From the NCBI RefSeq assembly GCF_021869535.1, contig NW_026262723.1, forward strand, positions 112,282,001-112,346,000: 64,000 nucleotides of DNA, in the 5' to 3' direction. Shown piece after piece: positions 50,234 to 59,750 of this stretch. Positions within the stretch are counted from its first letter, which is position 1. Each line of letters opens with the position of its first letter. A program made the position numbers and the translations under genes. The notes beneath the pieces were generated by a model, which saw only the letters and a list, made by a program, of their open reading frames with translations, did not search any database and was not told where the DNA came from. Source of the DNA: Mytilus californianus. Lineage: Eukaryota.

Positions 50234-51275
50234 ACTAAGGCTCTAAAGAGTCTGTGTCGCTCACCTTAGTATATGTGCATCTTCAACATTGTAGACGACT
50301 GTTGACAGTTTCTCTCTATCTTATTTAGTTTTTGTCCAAAACACAAAAGAAGGTAAACCAAAATCGTCATTTAAGGGCAATCACTCCCATCTTCTAACTG
50401 TTTTGGCAGAAGTTAACCTGATTGTAGATCTTGTCTTGCTGATCACTTTGGTTATTTAAAGTTTTTATCTTTCTTTTATTGTTTTCAAGATAATAGGCCA
50501 AAACGCCAAAAATTGGTAAAAATCATCTTTAAAGAGCAATAAGCGAATAACTTCAATAAACAATCGACTGAAGAATTTAGCTATAAGACTTATTTGTAAA
50601 TCTTCTTTTGCTTCCCACTTATGCTGTTTAAATTTCTATCGATCTATTGTAGTTTTTTAAGATTTTAGGCAAAAACGCAAAAAAAAGAAGGTCACCAAAG
50701 GGCAATTAGTTTACTAAGAGTCAATTGACAATTTCCGCAATTTTACTCATTTGAAGATCCTGTCTTGCTGATCAGTTTTGTTGTTTAAAGTGTCTCTCTA
50801 TCTATTATAGTTTTCAAGATAATAGGCAAAATGGAAGAAAAGTAGTAAAGTAGTAAAGTAATAAAAATAAGATAAAAAAGAAGTTAATAACTCCAATAAG
50901 AAATTGTCTGACGTTTCAACGTACATAGATAATAGGTAGAGCTTAACATTCTGAACATTTCTATTCTGTCAGATTTTCTCTTTTTTTAGCGGTCTTCAAA
51001 TTAATGGTGAAAACTTACATTTTACCTCTATGTTCTATTTTCAGACATGTCGGCCATCTTGGTTGACAGACGGGGTCATTGGACACATTGTTTAAAACTA
51101 TATAACCAAATATCTATTGTGGCCAAGTTTGGTTAAATTTTGCCCAGTAGTTTCAGAGGAGACGATCTTTGTAAAAGTTAACGGACGATGGACGACGACA
51201 GACAACGACGACGACAGACGACGGACGCCAAGTGATGTGAAAAGCTTACATGCCCTTCGGACCAGGTGAGCTAAA
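50234..51275 (-). mobile_element. Non-autonomous Helentron-type element (HINE; DINE-1/pearl-like) with a ~160-170 bp tandem satellite core
   Basis: subTIRs gctcacct (50259-50266) and aggtgagc (51264-51271); stem-loop aggctc-taaa-gagtct; GAC/GACG microsatellite ~51183-51228; repeated core anchors at ~50427, ~50599 and ~50756. Empty site attgtaaaaa..aattgtacac in copies 1 and 2. Confidence 0.85.
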
Positions 51276-54200
51276 AATGAAATTGTACACTCTCTACCGT
51301 TACCGATTAGGACCTGTTAGACATTGATACATCAGAACCTACCAAATATAAATAATGACGGAAAGAAACTTTGATTTTTCGGCTCTATGAATTAGTATGA
51401 TTTCTCAGTTTTTAATTTCTGGAGATTTGTCTCCTGAATCATAACGTGTAGGATATTTTGTGGTGAATAATTGATTAGGTAAATCATAGCTTTCTCGTTT
51501 TTGACAAATACAGTTTACTACTTTATTTGATTTCCTCCAACGTCATGGTAATGAAACAACACAGAATGAATACAAAATACAGTATAAAGATATTTTGTAA
51601 TTGCGTCAACAAGTAATTTACATCAATCAAGTTTTTAGTTAAAACGTTTTATTATATATGTTTCTTCATACCATGTGTGATTATCGTTTCCTAATAATAA
51701 CATGGATATGAACAAAGCTGGTTAAAAATATAAGTAATGTAGCATTTATTTAGTTTTATGTTAACCACAAGGATTGATTGGGTGATATACATATGGTCTC
51801 CTACACTTTTCGTCATTGGCAGTGAAAGTCAAGATAAGAAGGCGTCCATTTAGCTGTGTATGGTGTATACTTACCCAGCCACCTCCGAACAAAATTGGTT
51901 GTTAAATCTAATGTCGCTTGTTAAAAAATTGTAATGCTATACGTAAGTTAAAGAGACTTTGAAACATTTGCGTAGGTTAACCTGTTGCATTTGAAACAAA
52001 TATTAACTTTGTTGGCCTTCATCCAGATCGATCCTCTACCCAGAACCTACGATTTGGACTTCTTGATTTGTTCTCGTACTAAATACGCATGAAACATTTG
52101 CCACTATATGATTATCAAGCAACAACCAATCAATCATTCAGTTTTATTTGCATAATTTAAGTTTGGAGTATTAATTATCTGTTTTCGTTTTGTTTTAACC
52201 GCTTTGCTGTTCTTGTACCACATGATTTTTTGTCTAATAAAAAATATATTGGTCTGTTTAAATTGGCATATAAAACAAGAGTACTTTTAACTTTAATAAA
52301 TCAGCAAATCAACGACATAAATATCAAACGAAATCAAAAAGTATCTGTACGATTTTCAATAAAACGGAGGTGTCTTAACTAAATGGCCACGATTCTAGAA
52401 TTAAACAGAAACAATGATCTGATAACATCAACATCTAAATGGCAAACACACATTAAATAAAACTACTGACCATCACTGAAGAAGTTTCTATGGGATTTGC
52501 AGATAAACTTTGTGAAAAGATTAAATAGGTTATTAAATCTCAGCCCTCCCTCTTAAATCTCGATCACTGGTATAATAAAAGGTTCATAGAGAACGAAAAA
52601 TAAAAATACGAACAGATAAAACACCTAACTCTAAGACGCACGTAACTATATTACTGCCATAATTAATAATAAAAACCCACAATTACATACTAAAAATTAA
52701 CACACAATACCGAAAGATAGCTCTTAATTACGATACTCGACACTTTCTTTAAAGATTGAATTGCCATTAAGTAGAATGAAAAATCACAATTAGTAATATA
52801 TGTACTAACTAACCAACAATTATGAAAATTTTAGTCTAACAATCAAAAGATAAACTTTTAACAAATAACAATTGACAATGAAATAGGGTGAATATTCTCA
52901 GCAAAAGGCGTTTTATTAGTATATAAAGTAATTAAACCAGCTCTGGCTTGTTAAGTTTGATATATAATATGTTATTAGTCTCTGAAAAGCTTTTCAATTT
53001 AACATCAGTAAAGGGCTGATTGGCATTTTTGTTTGACCGGAAATAAAATAAAAGAATGGAACAAGTGACCTAATATCAATTATACGACAAATTAACCCTA
53101 TTGTATTGGAATGAATAGAGGAGAAGATCAATACATTGAAGTAACAGGTCTAATAATGGCAATTGTCAGTCTCTCAGGTAAATATATTACGTTAATAAGG
53201 TTAGTGATCTGTCTGTTTGAAGACGTGCTTCAATAATTTAATTATCCTCTTACAAATAAAATAAGCTTATTTCCTTTTATTACACAAAAAAAAAGAAATT
53301 ATATTACCACATGTATTGTATTGTATTGTAATGTTTTGCTGTTAAAAATTTGTGGTATAAACAATACTTTTAGCTACAATCATGTTATGATATTGTGATT
53401 ATTAACAAAATGCCAGAAAAGATTACTTTTAAATCTTGAAGTTTATAATGAACGACCATTCTCATGAAGGTATCGAAGCGTTATGAAAAACAGCACCAAA
53501 AATCCAAAACTATAAACGTATAAATGAAATATACATCTACATGTGAAAGTTTGAAATGAATTTAAAAAAATATTTCAGAACAAAGCATGAATAAGGGCAT
53601 GGAAAAAACAGCCAAAGCCGCACAAAAAAGGAAAGAAAAGCAACACGAACACCATTGAAAAGCATTAGGGTATCAAGACGCTGCAGAAGGGTAGATAGAT
53701 ATAAGAAGATGTGGTATGAGTGCCAATGAGACAACTCTCCATCCAAGTCAAAATTTATAAAAGTAAACCATTATAGGTCACAGTACGGTCTTCAACACGG
53801 AGCCTTGGCTCACACCGAACAGTAAGCTATAAAGGGCCCCAAAAAATAGAGTTCATTTCTGTATTTAAATTTAACATGTATCTTTTAAATGCTATGGAAA
53901 GGCAAACAAATGGTTCAGCTTGTAGCACACATTGTGCTTCTTTTGAAAGGCCATATGTTCGATGATAATCAGTATTAAGTTCCACTGACAATACAACATT
54001 AATTATTTACTTATAATTATAGTCCTAGGTCTATTTTGTAATTATATAATAAAGGCTTCAACAGATGCATTCCAGTCTGCCTCAATTCTTGACTTACATC
54101 TAGGGCAACGAGGGCAGTTGATAAGTTTATTGAGAAAAAAACTTGACGATGATAGGAATGATGTCAGCTTTCAAATGGTTAATTTTCTATTTCTATATAG

Positions 54201-54944
54201 CAATATAGCACAAGTGTAGCACTGTTAACATATGTAGTATACATTTCGCAGTCGATACGATTTTTTTTAGAGCTTGCATTTCCTATATTCACTTTCTTGA
54301 TAGAGGGTTGCTTGTAACTGGAAACTATTGAACAAATGGTTGTATGTGATGAACATGAGTCTTTCGTTTAATTAACGCCACCAATTTAGTTGCATTAATG
54401 TTAGAGGAAATCTTTGTCACAGATAACAATGGATAAGTTTATATTACCGTAACCAAATTTCTGTCCTCTTTTACTCGATTGTGATCCTAAAAAATAAGAC
54501 ACATCAGGGAATTTGTAAAAAACCAATAGCAAGATGGCATATGCCAGTAGATAAATAGGATCTGTTACCTTCCTGAACACCCTAATTCACCTTCAAATTT
54601 ATTGGGATTCATTTTGCATAGTCTTTAGTAGTAGTAATGTAGTGTTTGGTGAACTTGTTTGCCTTTTCGTCATCTTTCATTTTTGCCATGTCATTGTCAG
54701 TTTCTCTCGACGTATGATCTTTGAATGTCCCCTTGGTATCTTCCGCCTTGTTTTTAAAAGGTTATTACGTTGTTGGATTGTCTGCTCATTTATGTTTTAC
54801 CTAGATCGTCTGTCTGTACATTTTAGTTACTCCTTATTCAACAGTCAAAAGCACCATTATTTTCCTGGGTATTTTTAAATACCACCAAATAATACAAAAA
54901 AAAAAAAAAAAAAAAACATTTACAGGATTTACGCTTAATATTTA

Positions 54945-55270
54945 TTTTCATCCCGCGACAATATGACGGGAGAACATTGCTTCACCGTTGTCCGTCCGTC
55001 CGGCCAACCGTCCGTCCCACACAGAGTATGTGGTTTATACACGTCAGATAATTCCTTATGACCACAGTTTTCAAGCTAGAACCGTTATAGTATTTAACTG
55101 GTGTTACTTCATGTACTAAAGATTTGCATATTGTCAGGATTTTAGTTTTTCTATAAGTTATCAACAAATGGCACGTTGTTATACTGTTGATAATATAAGG
55201 CATGCAAGGGTTTGTACGGCTTACTCTTCCTACAGTTTTTCAAGCTTCAACTTTTATATTGCACTGAGTG
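54945..55270 (+). mobile_element. Truncated 5' part of a second HINE-type element
   Basis: T-run, short inverted repeat cccg..cggg, (GTCC)n microsatellite at ~54989-55016, then core-like repeats (cagttttcaagct twice). Confidence 0.6.
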
Positions 55271-55969
55271 TTTTACAAATAAAGTTTTGTCCGACTAAAA
55301 ACTCATACAAATAACACGTGTACATTATACAGGGTATACTATATTAGGAACGTATATTATAATTGGACTCCATTTTTAGTCCAACATTTCATCGGTCCGA
55401 CAACCTATTGGTGCGACTCCACAATATACTGATACCTTATTAGTCTGACATCGGAATATTTCTTAAAAAGTATTGGTTGTTTTTGCTGTTCTGTTGTTTG
55501 TTTGTTTTAAATTACACTACATGAACATTAATGTACACATGATGGTGGTAAGTCATTAGCACAGACACGTAAACTAAAAGTGGTGTTTCGAAAAAAAAGC
55601 GTTTTACGATTATTTCGATGAAAATTTCGATTTAGATAATATGTTTTTCTTTATGTTTTGAACAAAAATTCCTTTTTATACAATGAAGATTTTGTTTTTC
55701 ACGGCTGAAAACACATCTTATATTCATAATCACTCTAAATATCAGCACAACAATGTTAATATATATATATATATATATTTAGAGTAATTATGAATATGTG
55801 TTTTCAGCCGTGTATCACCTTCACTGATGATCCAAGGGATGAATCTGTCGTAGCATTGTCACTTGTTTAGACGTACTTATCAAATAATTATTTCTGTTAT
55901 CTTACGATCCTTTACGATAGACAATTTAGCTAATTTACAATCAATTCCATCTTCATGCCTAATATATCA

Positions 55970-56080
55970 TGTACTGTGTTACAACTCTACTGACGAAGAA
56001 AGGTAACACTAGGCCACCGAAAGCTGAATTTTTAGTTCAGTCTAGGTGGCCAAGTGGTCTAGAGCGCTGGACACAGTGCA
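55970..56080 (+). ncRNA. Type I hammerhead-ribozyme topology with degenerate stem II/core
   Basis: Stem I ctcta (55985-89) / tagag (56060-64), plus a distal 11-bp helix 55970-80 / 56070-80. CTGACGA at 55990-96. Stem III 56006-18 / 56045-58. GTC at 56057-59 sits exactly at the stem III/stem I junction. The GAAA box reads GTAA and stem II is reduced to agaaag. Confidence 0.6.
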
Positions 56081-56123
56081 GGCGGTGTTGTCTCGATATC
56101 CCAAATAGCGTGAGTTCGAATCC
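56047..56123 (+). promoter_or_regulatory. Internal RNA polymerase III type-2 promoter (box A and box B)
   Basis: TGGCCAAGTGG and GTTCGAATCC, spaced 56 nt apart. Confidence 0.7.
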
Positions 56124-57865
56124 CGTCGAGGGAAGAACAAAAATTTGCTTTCGCAAATTTGAAGATTTAACATTGTTGTGCTGATATTTAGAGTAATTAC
56201 GAATATAATACCTCTTTTCAGCCATGTATCACCTTTACTGGTGATCCAATGGATGGATCTGTCGTAGAGTTGTCACTTGTTTAGACGTACTTATATATAT
56301 ATATATATACATTTCTTTTTGGCGTTTCATAGGTATATTTTAGGTTTTGGGAAAGTTGGAAAATCATCGCAAACTTATACTTTATTTATCATTCAGAAAG
56401 TTTTATTTAGCCAGTTATAAATCAAAAGTGTCACTTCAATTAATTTTCATTATCAGTGGCATAGCTAAAGCAAAGTCTATTTTTCAGATGTTACTTCTGT
56501 GTGTCGTTTAAAATCATTATGCTCAGATGATACTAATTTTGTGTTCAGGATATCAATTTCAACATCTGGTATTCACACCTACTACTTGTCTTTCATTAAC
56601 TAGACAAACATATAATTGTTGTTTTGCAACCCTCCCGTCTGTCTATTTTATGTCATATGTTTCCTTTAAAACTAGTTAAGAATTCTCTTTAATTACACCA
56701 GCAAGATAATATTGTACAAACATTAAAGTGTTCACTCACTACATTACCGCCCAGGACATGTTAGAAATGATAACAACAGAGCCGACAAAATACCAATAAT
56801 GACTGAAAGTAATTATGATTTCTCGGCTCCTCGAATTAGTATGATTTCTCATACATCATAACGTAAAGGATATCTTTGTAATGTATAGTTGATTAGGTAA
56901 ATCATAGCTTTCTCGTTTGTGACAATTACAGTTTACTACTTCATTTGATTTCCTTGAACGTCATACTGATTAAAACACTTCAGAATTAATACTAAATGCA
57001 ATAAAGAGATATTGTGCTTTCTCGGCAACACTTAAATGACATCAATCAGGTTTTCAGTTTGAATATTTGATTTCATAATGTTCGTTATACTAAATGAGAT
57101 TACCGTTTCCTAATAATGTTTCATAACACGAACATGAAAACAAAGCAACATAAGATGAAAACATATAGAGTTTTTGATTTTATGTGAACCCCAAGGGTTT
57201 AGTGGGCTATATAGATATGGTTACTTCTCCTCTCCTGCAATAAAAACCAGGCTAAGATGGTATCTGTTTGGTTGTGCAGGTGTATAACTACACAGCCAAG
57301 TACGATCGAAATTGAATCCAATGTCGCTGGTTAACAGAATGTAATGCACTCAGTAAGTTGAAGAATCCTTGAAACAAATGTAAGTTGTCCGAATGTTACC
57401 TGATGCAATGGTAAACATTTGTTGACCTTCATCGCAGTCGAATCCCTACCCAAAACCTACCATTTAGATTTATTGTACATTTGCTCTTGTCCTGAATATT
57501 CATGAAATATTTTGCCACTGTCCAATCAACCAGCAACAGTCAATTAAGCAATTAAGAAAACTGTTTTTGCTAAACGAATTGTTATCTGTTTTTTTACCGC
57601 TCAAGTGTTCATTTATATCTATTCAAATTAGGTCAGTCTGTTTCACGAAGACAAAGATTAAACGTTAACAGAGCAGCAACCTAACGACATCAAGAGGTAT
57701 ATATACGGTCTTCAAATCATCCCGAGTGTAGACTCGCCGAAAGGTTTAATAAAGACAGTGCTCTGTCAATATAAAATGGTCTGGGCACCAAACATTAATA
57801 ACTACTGATCCGTCATTGAAGAGTTTTCGAAAGGACTGACAATGTCATTTGTGAGGGATTAAATA

Positions 57866-58918
57866 TGTTGGACTCTAAAGTGCGATGGGGACGCTTAAAT
57901 GCGATGGTCACGCTAAAGTGCGATTGACTACGCTAAAGTGCGATGGTCTGTGCTATTTGATGGAACACGCTAAAGTCCGATGCCGCGATACGCTAAAGTG
58001 CGTTTTTGTTAATAAACAAGAAAAAAGAAACAAATGATCCCAATCCGGAATATTTTTGATCGGTGCTAGAAGAGTTTGTATGCGAAGGAGTAATTTCCCA
58101 AAAAATCATCCACAGTAACAGAATTGCAAACGTTTGATCCCGCTGTGCCGGCGGGGACAAACGTGTTTCTGTAAGGATACTGGAAAAAAAACCTTCTCAT
58201 AAACATAGAAACTGTCGACGGTAAGGGGAAGGTGTATACCGTAAAAGAGAGCGAAAACGGCAAAATACACCAAAGTGTCAAAGTATTTACTTCATCCAAA
58301 TTTAATTTAGAAACTCCTTCTATGTTTTTAATCCCATGTCATTTACTTGTGTAAAATAAAAGCTACTTTTTAACTTTCTAATTCAATTATTTTATAAAAC
58401 ATCTTTTTACAATATGGTTCGTCATGTCTGTGAAAGAGATGGATACTTGTCGACAAGACAGTAACATCACGACCAGAATTGTAGTATCTAATAATATGAT
58501 TTCTAATGAAACAAGTCTCTATCCAAGGCTAAATGTCATTAATGTAATACACTATAGGCTACTGCTTACCCTGCAGATAGTATTCTATAACGACCAAAGG
58601 GTATCGAAACAACCTGTGTAAAACAATTCAAACGAGAAAAATAACGGACTGATTATTGTAAAACAATTCAAAAGAAAAATACAACGGCATGATTTATAAA
58701 CAATACAAAACAAAAACCATTGCCTGAACCCCATTCCCGTTACACCATCGCACTTTAGCGTGTTAAACCAACGCACTTTAGCGTGTCATATACCATCGCA
58801 CTTTAGCATGTCAGACCATCGCACTTTAGTGTGTCATCTAATCGCACTTTAGCGTAGACCATCGCACTTCAGCGAAACCATCGCACTTTAGAGTACCATC
58901 GCACTTTAGAGTCCTACA
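57866..58918. mobile_element. Non-autonomous cut-and-paste DNA transposon, TGT...ACA termini, 4-bp TSD (Ginger-like), with inverted subterminal repeat arrays
   Basis: TIR tgt(t/a)ggactctaaagtgcgatgg; TSD aata|aata; empty site gattaaataagtt in copy 2 (~37799-37811). About 7 cgctaaagtgcgatgg motifs on the left and 8 inverted motifs on the right. Confidence 0.8.
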
Positions 58919-59532
58919 AATAAGTTGTGGAAATCTGAACCCTCCCCCTTTTAATCTCGATCACTAAAATAACAAAAAAGTTTACAAAAGAAAGTAAGAA
59001 CAAAAATCAGTACAGAAACATTACTTAACTCTGCATGTATACTTCAGGTATAATTGATAAGCTATGTTATACTATTAGACAGCTCTCAATTACAAGTTGC
59101 TCGACACATTTGTTATGAAAGAATTATATTACGAATATGAAGTATCACAATTATGAAAATAAACATTTAGACCTTGATGAAGAGAAGTGGAAAATACCAA
59201 AGTTATATTAAGACTCACAAGTCGATGACAACCTGATAAACTATCCAATGATGATAAAAGTATTGATTTTAAAAACCAAAAGAGTAACATTAAGAAATAA
59301 AAGTTCACAATGAAATAGGTTTTTGCAATTAAGATTCTCTAAATTGACTTTTTAACAGATTTAGAAGCTGAATGAACCATTGCTTATCAGCACTGTCATA
59401 TATATTGTTTGATATATAACATGTAATTAGTCTCTGGAAATCTTTCAATTCAACATCAGTATAGAGCTGATTGGCAATTTGTTTGGCCGAACATAAAACA
59501 AAAGAATGGAAAAAAGTTACTTGATATCAAAT

Positions 59533-59750
59533 AGCCTGTACCAAGTCAGGAATATGAAAATTGTTATCTACAGTCCGTTTTTATGTATGTTGGCGTTTGC
59601 TTTTGTTGTAGTTCAGTGTTTCTGTTATTTCGTTGTTTTCCTCTTATAGTTGATGTGTTTCCATCAGTTTAAGTTTGTTACCCGGATTTGTTTTTGCATA
59701 ATCGAAGTATGACTATTGAACAGCGGTATACTACTGTTGCCTTTATCTAT
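59533..59750 (+). repeat. Repeat module (gtaccaagtcaggaatat...cccggatttg...gaacagcggtatactactgttgcctttat) inserted in copy 4
   Basis: Copy 3 reads through (aatatcaatt|atacgacaaattaaccc, ~53072-53099). Confidence 0.75.

Larger units (their letters stand above)
39595..53690. repeat. Large tandem segmental unit, copy 3 (~14.1 kb)
   Basis: Same anchors; private insertions at ~42250-44110 and 50234-51275. It lacks the ~16640-18040 block shared by copies 1 and 2. Confidence 0.92.
55700..56310 (+). mobile_element. tRNA-headed, hammerhead-like retrozyme/SINE-like element: ~409-bp monomer with ~105-bp direct repeats, inverted 5' arm and (TA)n flanks
   Basis: Direct repeats 55775-55880 / 56184-56294; inverted copy 55700-55759; (TA)n at ~55759-55778 and ~56292-56309; box A 56047-56057, box B 56114-56123; hairpin aaatttgc-tttc-gcaaattt at 56141-56160. 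Confidence 0.75.

Noticed and set aside
55824-55850. CTGATGA-tcc-aag-gga-tgaa as a second hammerhead
   Set aside because: No GAAA and no stem I partner, and the sister repeat reads CTGGTGA.
56040-56130. Possible tRNA gene (also 23440-23518)
   Set aside because: Boxes A and B are present, but I cannot fold an acceptor stem or a proper anticodon arm, and both sit in mobile repeats.
57870-58010. Repeat-spacer-like array (also 58745-58914) resembling a CRISPR array
   Set aside because: Linkers are only 2-7 nt, the two arrays are inverted at the ends of one element with a TSD, there are no cas genes and the context is eukaryotic.
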